56,442 bases of DNA from an uncultured Peptoniphilaceae bacterium (GTDB taxonomy: Bacteria; Bacillota; Clostridia; Tissierellales; Peptoniphilaceae): assembly GCA_964344625.1 (NCBI GenBank), contig CAYFNZ010000003.1:1-56442 (forward strand), given 5' to 3'. Numbering within the stretch: the stretch's first letter is position 1; each line of letters opens with the position of its first letter. The notes under the pieces were generated by a model, which made no database searches, was not told the DNA's origin, and was given only the letters and a program-made list of their open reading frames with translations. Of this stretch, positions 35,195-43,708 are shown in pieces. Made by a program: the position numbers and the translations under genes.

Positions 35195-35953
35195 CTAAAT
35201 TAATTTTCTAACACTAATTCTAAATTTATCTTTTCTCGTCCTATTTAACAACTCTTTATAATAATACCTGCCATGACCCCTTATGGATATACAGTCGTTT
35301 TCTTTTAATTCTGCAGCAGGATCTGAGTTTACTAGGTAATTTAATTTAATATATTCCCTAAGTATGAGTTTTTTCGCCTCATTTCTAGATACATTTATAC
35401 TAGCAGCTACAAAACTATCCAATCTTAAAGACGATATGGTAATGGCAAAATCTTCGTATTTTACAAGACTTTGATCCATATAGACCCAATCTTTTTCAGA
35501 TAGGGTGACATTTAATCTTTTTATGCTGGTAAGATTAAACCTTACAAAATCTGAGATTTCTTTTAATAATGAAATTTCAAATTTATTGTCGTCCAAGAGG
35601 ATATCTCCTATCAAATCTCTTTCTATTCCCAAGGACATAAGGGCTCCTAAAACATCCCTATGATTTAGGTTATGGTCATTTTTCTCACAAACTAATACAC
35701 TGAGATTTTCCTCTAATAATTCATCTAGATTAAAATCTATTTGAGAGAAAAAGATTAATTTTCTTTCAGCATCCTCATGTGACAAATAAATCTTATAAAA
35801 TAGGCCAAACTTGTTTAAGATAGAAATTACTAAATCGGCTTCGTACGGATTTAGAAACCTCGTTTTTTGGATCTGCCCGTAGTAAAGATTTTCAGCCATG
35901 GAATAATATTTCTTATATAGTTGTTTTGAGTTGATATCTTTAATAAAATTCAT
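35195..35953 (-). CDS. ylmH: YlmH-like RNA-binding (S4 domain) division-cluster protein, 252 aa
   Basis: TRFLNPYE near the N-terminus, a C-terminal S4-like RLDSFVAASINVSRNEAKKLI, and a position after sepF as in B. subtilis. No SD is visible. Confidence 0.72.
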   Translation of the reverse strand: MNFIKDINSKQLYKKYYSMAENLYYGQIQKTRFLNPYEADLVISILNKFGLFYKIYLSHEDAERKLIFFSQIDFNLDELLEENLSVLVCEKNDHNLNHRDVLGALMSLGIERDLIGDILLDDNKFEISLLKEISDFVRFNLTSIKRLNVTLSEKDWVYMDQSLVKYEDFAITISSLRLDSFVAASINVSRNEAKKLILREYIKLNYLVNSDPAAELKENDCISIRGHGRYYYKELLNRTRKDKFRISVRKLI

Positions 35954-35981
35954 AAAAAAATAAGAGCTGAAAACAGCTCTT
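35954..35981 (-). terminator. Canonical intrinsic terminator between sepF and ylmH: perfect 8-bp stem aagagctg / cagctctt, 4-nt loop, then A + T7 running straight into the ylmH ATG
   Basis: Read directly. The stem starts 4 nt after the sepF stop. Confidence 0.65.
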
Positions 35982-35985
35982 CTTT

Positions 35986-36588
35986 CTATAGTTGATATAA
36001 GTTTTTGTTTGAAATTTCGTCCTTTAAGGAACCGTCAATTTCAACGCCGTGAGGAGCCAATACATATATGTCTTTTGTTACATTTTGTATAGTTCCGTTT
36101 AATGAATATAAACCACCACTTACAAAATAAAAGATTTGAGTCTTTTTATCAACTTCTAACATTTCAAGGTTTAATACTACAGACTTTCCATCCATAATAT
36201 CATCTAATACTATCTTACCGTCTTCATAAGATATTGGTTCTCTTATTGTAACAAACATACCTGAATTTTTTGAAGTCCTATTAAAAGCTAAACTTCTTCT
36301 AGGATTTCTTTCCTCCTTCCTGCTTTCTTTACCTGAATTTACTGAGTAAGCCTTACTTTCAGATGGAGTTTGACTAGGTTCAGCCCTCTCATACCTATCT
36401 TCAGTCTTTACAACTTCAGATTCGTAGGTAGGTGAATTATCTACAAAATCATCATCAAAAGAAGCTTTTTCATCATACTTTCTGTCATCTCTATAATTTT
36501 CTAAATCATCGTAATCTTCATAAAAGTCATCATCTATGTAATCTTCATCTACACCGACAAATTCTTTAACTTTATCCCAAAAAGACAT
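35986..36588 (-). CDS. sepF: Cell division protein SepF with a long acidic linker, 200 aa
   Basis: N-terminal amphipathic MSFWDKVKEFVGV and a conserved C-terminal domain (VVLNLEML....IFYFVSGGLYSLNGTIQNVTKDIYVLAP). Confidence 0.85.
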   Translation of the reverse strand: MSFWDKVKEFVGVDEDYIDDDFYEDYDDLENYRDDRKYDEKASFDDDFVDNSPTYESEVVKTEDRYERAEPSQTPSESKAYSVNSGKESRKEERNPRRSLAFNRTSKNSGMFVTIREPISYEDGKIVLDDIMDGKSVVLNLEMLEVDKKTQIFYFVSGGLYSLNGTIQNVTKDIYVLAPHGVEIDGSLKDEISNKNLYQL

Positions 36589-36599
36589 AAATCCTCCTA

Positions 36600-37256
36600 T
36601 TATTGAAAAATTTTAGATCCAATTCTAACTATATTCGCCCCTTCTTCTAAGGCGATTTTATAGTCATTGGACATTCCCATAGACAAATACTCTATATTAA
36701 AGTTATTATACCTTATTTTGCTATATATATCGAATATTTTTTTACACTCATGGAAAATACTTCTGATATATTCTTCGTCATCGGTATTGGGTGCCATTGT
36801 CATAAATCCTTTGATATTTACATACTTTAGATTCCTTGCTAAGTCTAAAAAATCATCTAAATCTTCTGGAAATATTCCTGTCTTACTTTCTTCTTTAGAT
36901 ATATTTAGCTGAACCAGGCAATTAAATACAAAGTTATTTTTTTCTCCTTGTTTTTCAAGCTCTTTTAGAAGAGATACCCTGTCTAAAGAGTGGATTAGGC
37001 TAACCCATCCAGCAAGATACTTGACCTTATTAGTCTGAAGCCTTCCAATCATATGGTAATTAAAGCTATCCCCATAAGTTTCTCTTCTATCAACTAGGTT
37101 TTGAACCTTATTTTCTCCAATATCTTTGACACCAAGCTCTAGTAAGGAGTCTACTTCTTCTCTGGACCTAAACTTGGTTACACAAACAAGCTTAGCTCCA
37201 TTATTTAAGTCTTTATTTACTTTATCTAAATTATCCTTAATGCTAATACCTATCAC
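36600..37256 (-). CDS. yggS: YggS/YlmE family pyridoxal-phosphate homeostasis protein, 218 aa
   Basis: LVCVTKFRS (PLP lysine), HMIGRLQTNK, and LSMGMSNDY...GANIVRIGSKIF. Confidence 0.9.
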   Translation of the reverse strand: MIGISIKDNLDKVNKDLNNGAKLVCVTKFRSREEVDSLLELGVKDIGENKVQNLVDRRETYGDSFNYHMIGRLQTNKVKYLAGWVSLIHSLDRVSLLKELEKQGEKNNFVFNCLVQLNISKEESKTGIFPEDLDDFLDLARNLKYVNIKGFMTMAPNTDDEEYIRSIFHECKKIFDIYSKIRYNNFNIEYLSMGMSNDYKIALEEGANIVRIGSKIFQ

Positions 37257-38424
37257 CTACTTTATTGGAGCCAATATCCAAAAGGATACTTGAAAACTCA
37301 CCTATTTCATATAAATTGATATAGTCTTTATCATCTTTATCATAATTTAAATTTTCATTATTCTTTCTAACTCTGTCTAAATAGGCCTTAGAAAGAACAT
37401 CTTCTGGAGAGGTTAATACAAAGGCAAAATTATCATAGTCGTCATTATAGATTATTTTTACAGGGGCAAATTGGATTTTACCATCATCTATGGTATATAC
37501 ACCTGTTTGACCATCGACCTTATAAATAGCCTTTTGAGGAATTTTTAAGGCCTTAATAGTCCTGAAATTTAATGAGATATCAGTCATCCTGTATTTTACA
37601 GCACTATCTATTCCCTCATTCATCCTAAGTTTCATGAAGTATTTGCCCTCATTTGACTTTTTAAAACTATAATCTGAAACATAATATGTTTGGTCATCAA
37701 AGCTTACACTTAGGTCCTTTATACCTAGTTTTAAGTATTTATCTAAATTATCAACCTCTACTAGGATATAGTATTCCTTATTATTAATATATTTTAGACC
37801 AGCTTGGATTTTATCTTTTTCAATATTTTCAATCACAAATGGATCAGATATGAATTGATCTATATTTGCTGCGTTAATCAAACTCTCATAACCATCAACC
37901 TTGGTCAAGTAAAATCCTGTCCTATCTACTAGAAAGGCATCATTAGATAAATAGGATTTTATAAGCTTTTTCTTTTTATCAGTGAAATTGTCTCTTTGGT
38001 TAATACTATCTACAAATGAAAGGTCTAGTTTAGATAGCCTATTTTGATATAGGTAGTCTATCATGGTGTTTTTATCCTCATTAGAATTTTTTTGAGGTCT
38101 TTTTTCAAGAAATTCATTTTGTTTCTTTATATTTGTATTAACCTGAGAGTTGGCACTATCAAAAATCTTTTCTTCGCTTCTGATTAACTTGCCGTCAACT
38201 ACATCGATATTAATATCTTCTACGGAATCAAATACATACTCATCAAAGGCGAAGTAAGCTTTAGAATCATATTTAATAAGACTCTCTTGCATACCCATTA
38301 CGTTATAGATATTATTTTGTCTTTTTTTATTTTTGGAAGCGCTAACTAGCATATTTACAAAAATTAGCACCATCACAAGTCCAAAGAAGGCTTTTAATCC
38401 TAACTTATTTCGACCTTTTTTCAT
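37243..38424 (-). CDS. Membrane-anchored protein of unknown function, 393 aa (possibly HlyD/membrane-fusion-like C-terminal beta domain; weak)
   Basis: Single N-terminal TM (AFFGLVMVLIFVNMLVSA). The rest is predicted extracytoplasmic. The C-terminal GQTGVYTIDDGKIQFAPVKI resembles adaptor-protein beta-barrel strands. No firm family call. Confidence 0.5.
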   Translation of the reverse strand: MKKGRNKLGLKAFFGLVMVLIFVNMLVSASKNKKRQNNIYNVMGMQESLIKYDSKAYFAFDEYVFDSVEDINIDVVDGKLIRSEEKIFDSANSQVNTNIKKQNEFLEKRPQKNSNEDKNTMIDYLYQNRLSKLDLSFVDSINQRDNFTDKKKKLIKSYLSNDAFLVDRTGFYLTKVDGYESLINAANIDQFISDPFVIENIEKDKIQAGLKYINNKEYYILVEVDNLDKYLKLGIKDLSVSFDDQTYYVSDYSFKKSNEGKYFMKLRMNEGIDSAVKYRMTDISLNFRTIKALKIPQKAIYKVDGQTGVYTIDDGKIQFAPVKIIYNDDYDNFAFVLTSPEDVLSKAYLDRVRKNNENLNYDKDDKDYINLYEIGEFSSILLDIGSNKVGDRY

Positions 38425-38435
38425 CTGTTCTCCTA

Positions 38436-39425
38436 TTAAAAATCAAACTCTTCTTTATCAGCTTTTGACATCAGGCTAACTGCTGCGCCATCAAGGCTTA
38501 GGTTTTCATAAAGAATTTGGTAAATTACCTTGGTTATCGGCATATAAATATTTTTATCATTCGAGATTTCATAAAGGGCTACTGCTGTTGGTATTCCCTC
38601 TACTACCATCTTTATTTCATTTTCTAACTTGTCAACACTACATCCTTGGGCTAAGAGCTCCCCAGCATTTCTATTTCTAGAGTGTTTTGATGTAGCAGTA
38701 ACTATCAGGTCTCCTAGACCAGCAAGTCCATATAGGGTATTTCTTTCTCCCCCCATTGCTATGCAAAATCTTGCCATCTCGTGAATTCCCCTTGTCATAA
38801 GGGCTGCCTTTGGGTTATCGCCCATATTAAGTCCGTCCAACATACCTATACCTAAGGCAAGAACGTTTTTAACAGCTCCGCCAAATTCAACACCTACAAG
38901 GTCTGTATTAGTATAGATTCTTAAAAAGTCAGATGAAAAGATAGCCTGTAGCTTTTTAGCAAGGTCTTCATCTGTTGAAGAAATGACTACGGATGTATAC
39001 TTATCTTCTATTACCTCTTCTGCGTGAGAAGGACCAGAAAGACAGGCGTATTGGCAGTCTGGAAGGTATTGTTCAAATATTTGTGAAATTCTTTTGCCAC
39101 TTGTTTTTTCAATGCCTTTAGATAAATTAACTATGATGCTGTCTTTTGGAAACAAGCTTGAGTATTCCTCTAACATGGATCTTATATTTTGAGTTGGTAT
39201 TGCATTAACGATTATTTTATTTTTTAGACAATCATTAATATCCTGACTAGCCTTGATATTATCACTTAATTTATAACCCTTAAGGTATTTTTTATTTTCA
39301 TGATAAAGATTAATATTGTCACAGTCTTCTTTGTTTCTTACATAAAGTAAGACATCATGTTTGAAAGACAAGTTATGGGCCATAGCTGTAGCCCAGCTAC
39401 CACCACCTAAAATTGAGATTTCCAT
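38436..39425 (-). CDS. gpsA: NAD(P)H-dependent glycerol-3-phosphate dehydrogenase, 329 aa
   Basis: ILGGGSWATAMA Rossmann motif, GPSHAEEV and GAVKNVLA motifs. Confidence 0.95.
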   Translation of the reverse strand: MEISILGGGSWATAMAHNLSFKHDVLLYVRNKEDCDNINLYHENKKYLKGYKLSDNIKASQDINDCLKNKIIVNAIPTQNIRSMLEEYSSLFPKDSIIVNLSKGIEKTSGKRISQIFEQYLPDCQYACLSGPSHAEEVIEDKYTSVVISSTDEDLAKKLQAIFSSDFLRIYTNTDLVGVEFGGAVKNVLALGIGMLDGLNMGDNPKAALMTRGIHEMARFCIAMGGERNTLYGLAGLGDLIVTATSKHSRNRNAGELLAQGCSVDKLENEIKMVVEGIPTAVALYEISNDKNIYMPITKVIYQILYENLSLDGAAVSLMSKADKEEFDF

Positions 39426-39428
39426 ATG

Positions 39429-40022
39429 CTACCCCTTTTTTATACTTATTTTGTTCTCCTTACCTTCAATTAAACGTTTAATATTTGACCTATGGCAATA
39501 AAAGATAACAAGTGCCATAAGTAATGTCATGATTATCATAGCTTTATCGGTGTTCATAAATATTAGAACATATATCAGTGAATAGATGACAATTGTTAAT
39601 GAGGTTAGTGACATTATTTTTCCAATTAGGTTAACTAGAAAGAAAATTATCACAGCTCCTAGGATTAGCTTTGTAGAAAAGAAAAACATTACTCCAGCTG
39701 ATGTCGCCATACCCTTACCGCCTTTAAATCCTATAAGTGCAGGCCAACAGTGACCGACAACAACCATAAAACCAGCTACATAAACTGCATATTCTAAGTT
39801 GAACTTAGAAGCAATATATACGGCTAGATAGCCTTTCAAGGCATCTATAGCTAGGGTTATAAAGGCTGGGAAAAACCCATAAGTTCTTAACATATTTGTA
39901 GTTCCTGCGTTACCGCTTCCCTTAGTTCTGATATCTTCAGAAAAAGCTAATTTGCTAATAATATATGAACCTGTAATATTTCCCAAAAGATAAGCTATCA
40001 AAGCGACTAATATATATGTCAT
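39429..40022 (-). CDS. plsY: Acyl-phosphate:glycerol-3-phosphate acyltransferase PlsY, 197 aa
   Basis: GSGNAGTTN and GGKGMATSAG motifs. Confidence 0.95.
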   Translation of the reverse strand: MTYILVALIAYLLGNITGSYIISKLAFSEDIRTKGSGNAGTTNMLRTYGFFPAFITLAIDALKGYLAVYIASKFNLEYAVYVAGFMVVVGHCWPALIGFKGGKGMATSAGVMFFFSTKLILGAVIIFFLVNLIGKIMSLTSLTIVIYSLIYVLIFMNTDKAMIIMTLLMALVIFYCHRSNIKRLIEGKENKISIKKG

Positions 40023-41341
40023 AAATCCAATCCCCTATTTCTGGCTTCAAAAACTATTGGCACACCTTCAAAATGGAAGTTTTCCCTGATCTTGTTTTCG
40101 ATATATCTTACATATGAGAAGTGTAGTAGTTCTTTGTCATTTACATATATTAAAAACTTTGGTGGTCTAGTAGTAACTTGAGACATATAGAATATCTTAA
40201 GTCTTTTTCCCTTCTTTGTTGGTGGAGGATTTACCAGCATGGCATCCCTTAATAGAGTGTTAAGGACACCGGTTCTTACTCTAAAGCTGTAATTTTCGTT
40301 AACCTGGTCTATAAGGTCGAAAAGCTTGTCAATTCTAAGCCCTGTCTTAACCGAAATAAATACTATAGGCGCATATAAGGCAAAAGTAAGGCCATTTCTG
40401 ATTTCTGCCTCAAAGTTTTTCATAGTATAGGTATCCTTCTCAACAAGATCCCACTTATTAACAACTATTATTGATGCCTTATTATTGTCATGGGCATAAC
40501 CGATTATTTTAGAATCTTGCTCAGTTAAACCCTCTGTAGCATCTAAGAAGAATAGACAGATATCAGACCTATCAATAGCATTGTAGGTTCTAATAACTGA
40601 GTATTTTTCAACCCTAGTATCTACAGACCTTTGTCTTCTAAGACCAGCTGTATCAATTAAGTTATATTTTTTACCATTTCTAATATATTCAGAGTCTATA
40701 GAATCCCTTGTAGTACCTGGAATATTTGAAACGATAACCCTTTCTTCCTTCAAAAGTGAATTAATAAAGGATGATTTACCTACATTTGGCTTACCTATTA
40801 CAGCGATATTTAAGACTTCATCATCCTCTTCTTCCTCTTTGTTATAGGGGTGTTTATGGATGATTTCGTCTAGCAAGTCTCCTAAGCCAAAGCTTTGTTC
40901 TGCTGAAATAATTTGAACATTGTCAAAACCTAGGGTATAAAAGTCATAGACAGTCATAGGATTATCCTTGGTATCAACCTTATTGATTACAAGAATGATA
41001 TCCCTGCCTGATCTTCTTAACTTGTTAGCAATTTCTTCATCAAGGCTGGTTAAACCTTCTCTACCATCTACAACAAACAATATTAGGTCCGAAGACTCAA
41101 TCGCTATATCAGCTTGAAATTCAATGTCTTTTGCAAAACTTCCAGAATCATCAAGTTCTAGACCACCTGTATCAATTATGACAAAGCTATTGTTTTGCCA
41201 TTCTACTTCACTATAAAGTCTGTCTCTTGTAACTCCAGGATTATCCTCTGTTATAGAAAGCCTTTTGCCTACTAATTTATTAAATAAAGTTGATTTTCCT
41301 ACATTGGGTCTACCTATGATTCCAACGATTGGTCTTGGCAT
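40019..41341 (-). CDS. der: Ribosome biogenesis GTPase Der (EngA), 440 aa
   Basis: Two GTPase domains (GRPNVGKST and GKPNVGKSS, each with DTGG/DTAG and NKxD) plus a KH-like C-terminus. Confidence 0.95.
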   Translation of the reverse strand: MPRPIVGIIGRPNVGKSTLFNKLVGKRLSITEDNPGVTRDRLYSEVEWQNNSFVIIDTGGLELDDSGSFAKDIEFQADIAIESSDLILFVVDGREGLTSLDEEIANKLRRSGRDIILVINKVDTKDNPMTVYDFYTLGFDNVQIISAEQSFGLGDLLDEIIHKHPYNKEEEEDDEVLNIAVIGKPNVGKSSFINSLLKEERVIVSNIPGTTRDSIDSEYIRNGKKYNLIDTAGLRRQRSVDTRVEKYSVIRTYNAIDRSDICLFFLDATEGLTEQDSKIIGYAHDNNKASIIVVNKWDLVEKDTYTMKNFEAEIRNGLTFALYAPIVFISVKTGLRIDKLFDLIDQVNENYSFRVRTGVLNTLLRDAMLVNPPPTKKGKRLKIFYMSQVTTRPPKFLIYVNDKELLHFSYVRYIENKIRENFHFEGVPIVFEARNRGLDL

Positions 41342-41350
41342 GTTTACCTC

Positions 41351-42574
41351 CTAGTAATTAAGCGGTCTTCTTCTAACTAATTCATCAACTTGCTTAATTA
41401 TTTCTTCTTTTGATTTTCTTTCTAATAGTGTGTCCTTAATTAATTGACCCACTAATTTCATATCTTCTGTATCAAAGCCTCTTGTTGTTACAGCTGCAGA
41501 ACCTATTCTGATACCTGATGTAACAAAAGGACTTTGTTTTTCATTTGGAATAGTATTTTTATTAACTGTTATGTGGACTTCATCTAGCATTTTTTCAGCA
41601 TCCTTGCCTGTTAAGCCAATGCTTGATACATCAAGTAAAACTAAGTGGTTATCAGTAGATCCACTTACTAGTCTTATCTCGTCACCTATTGAATTTGCAA
41701 GTTCTAAAGCATTGTCAAGGACGTGTTGTTGGTATACCTTAAAGTCTGGACTTAAAGCTTCTTTAAGAGCAACTGCCTTACCTGCAATAACATGTTCTAA
41801 TGGTCCACCTTGAGTTCCCGGGAAGACAGCCTTATTTATTTTTTGACCGTATTTTTCATCGGCTAAAATGATAGCTCCTCTAGGACCTCTTAAAGTCTTA
41901 TGAGTTGTTGATGTAATGATGTCAGCATGACCAACTGGGCTAGGATGTAGACCTGCTGCAACTAGACCAGCTATATGGGCCATATCTACCATTAAAATTG
42001 CTCCAACTTCATCAGCAATTTTTCTAAATTTTTCAAAATCGATAATTCTAGAATAGGCACTAGCACCAGCAACAATCATCTTTGGTTTTTCTCTTTTTGC
42101 GATATCTAGAACTTCATCATAATTTATCATTTCAGTTTGGCTATCTACACCATAGTGAACAAAGTCAAAATATGATCCAGATAGGTTAACTGGAGAACCA
42201 TGAGTAAGGTGACCACCTTCTGAAAGATTCATACCTAGCACCTTGTCTCCAGGTCTTAAAAAAGTAAAGTATGCAGCAAAATTCGCACTTGAACCTGAAT
42301 GAGGCTGAACATTTGCGTAACTTACGCCGAAAAGTTCTTTAGCCCTTTCAATAGCAAGACTTTCAAGTTCGTCTATAACATGGCATCCACCATAATATCT
42401 TTTAGCTGGATAACCTTCAGCGTATTTATTAGTTAATACGCTTCCTACAGCATCCAAAACTGCCTTAGATACAAAGTTTTCAGATGCAATCAGTTCAATG
42501 TTGTTAAATTGTCTGTTTTTTTCCTTCTCAATTAGATCATAGATTTCTCTATCAAAGTTCATTAAATCTTTCAC
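41351..42574 (-). CDS. glyA: Serine hydroxymethyltransferase, 407 aa
   Basis: IELIASENF and [13 protein letters not shown] (PLP lysine) motifs. Confidence 0.95.
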   Translation of the reverse strand: MKDLMNFDREIYDLIEKEKNRQFNNIELIASENFVSKAVLDAVGSVLTNKYAEGYPAKRYYGGCHVIDELESLAIERAKELFGVSYANVQPHSGSSANFAAYFTFLRPGDKVLGMNLSEGGHLTHGSPVNLSGSYFDFVHYGVDSQTEMINYDEVLDIAKREKPKMIVAGASAYSRIIDFEKFRKIADEVGAILMVDMAHIAGLVAAGLHPSPVGHADIITSTTHKTLRGPRGAIILADEKYGQKINKAVFPGTQGGPLEHVIAGKAVALKEALSPDFKVYQQHVLDNALELANSIGDEIRLVSGSTDNHLVLLDVSSIGLTGKDAEKMLDEVHITVNKNTIPNEKQSPFVTSGIRIGSAAVTTRGFDTEDMKLVGQLIKDTLLERKSKEEIIKQVDELVRRRPLNY

Positions 42575-42585
42575 TCATACTCTCC

Positions 42586-43005
42586 TTAATAAATATTATC
42601 GATTTTCTTTATCTTAAAAAATTGATTTGTTTTTACTCTTCTATCTATTTTACTAATAATAAAGTAAGAAACAAACATTAATATAAGTCCAAAAAGGAAA
42701 CTAATCAAGTCTTTGGAATCAGCAGTCTTTCCAAGGTTTAAGTAATGACCGCTAAATATACCAATTACTAGCATAATCAAGGGAAAAACATATAAAAGCA
42801 CTGTAGACTTTAGCATATTTTTAGTATTGTATTGAATTTCTACAAAGTCTCCAACTTGGGCTCCTATGTCATTTGTAGCGTTAAGATTAAAGGTTTCTGC
42901 TTCACAACCACCACATGAAGAGCAATCTCCACATGCTGATGAACGAGTGAATATTACTTGTAATCTATCATCTTCTACTTTACTTACAATACCTTTTTTG
43001 TTCAT
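42586..43005 (-). CDS. RseC/MucC (SoxR-reducing system) family small membrane protein, 139 aa
   Basis: N-terminal Cys-rich SSACGDCSSCGGC motif followed by two TM helices. Confidence 0.72.
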   Translation of the reverse strand: MNKKGIVSKVEDDRLQVIFTRSSACGDCSSCGGCEAETFNLNATNDIGAQVGDFVEIQYNTKNMLKSTVLLYVFPLIMLVIGIFSGHYLNLGKTADSKDLISFLFGLILMFVSYFIISKIDRRVKTNQFFKIKKIDNIY

Positions 43006-43009
43006 TTTA

Positions 43010-43708
43010 TCACTCCGTTAAAATTCGTATAACTTCTCCAGCCAAGATATATCCTGCAACCGGTGGTACGTAGGATACGCTAAAAGGAGTTGACCTATTG
43101 GCTCCAGGCTCTCTTTTTGACTTAAGAGCAGGAGCTTCTAGGGAAGAAACTACTTTTTGTTTTTTTATTCCACGCTTTCTAAGTTCATGCCTTATAACTT
43201 TTGAAAGTGGGTCATAAGACGTTTCATAGACATCCATAATTTGCAACTTGCCCGGATCAAGTCTATTACCAGTACCCATAGATGAAATCAAGGCAATCTT
43301 GTTCTTGCTACAGTATTCTATCAAATTTATCTTTGATGAAACTGTATCTATTGCATCTATGACTACATCATAGGTCTTTAAATCAAAAATATCAAAATTA
43401 TCAGTTAATTTTTTTATAAAATATTTAACTTCTAAATTAGGATTTATAGCCAACATCCTATCCTTCATAGCCAGGCACTTAAACATGCCTACATTAGCCC
43501 TGTTTGAAAAAATTTGTCTATTCAGGTTTGATTCATCTACCCTATCATAGTCTACAAAAGAGATAGATTTAAACCCAAACCTCACAAGAGCTTCTACTGC
43601 GGCACTTCCGACTCCACCAGTACCGAAGACTAGTATCTTTTTTGAAATAAGGTCTTCGTATTTTCCGTCAGGAAAGATAGGACGAGTTCTTGAAAATTGA
43701 TTATTCAT
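43010..43708 (-). CDS. tcdA: tRNA threonylcarbamoyladenosine dehydratase (ThiF/HesA-family, TcdA-like), 232 aa
   Basis: FSRT...VFGTGGVGSAAVEALVRFG...VDYDRVDESNLNRQ pattern. Confidence 0.78.
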   Translation of the reverse strand: MNNQFSRTRPIFPDGKYEDLISKKILVFGTGGVGSAAVEALVRFGFKSISFVDYDRVDESNLNRQIFSNRANVGMFKCLAMKDRMLAINPNLEVKYFIKKLTDNFDIFDLKTYDVVIDAIDTVSSKINLIEYCSKNKIALISSMGTGNRLDPGKLQIMDVYETSYDPLSKVIRHELRKRGIKKQKVVSSLEAPALKSKREPGANRSTPFSVSYVPPVAGYILAGEVIRILTE

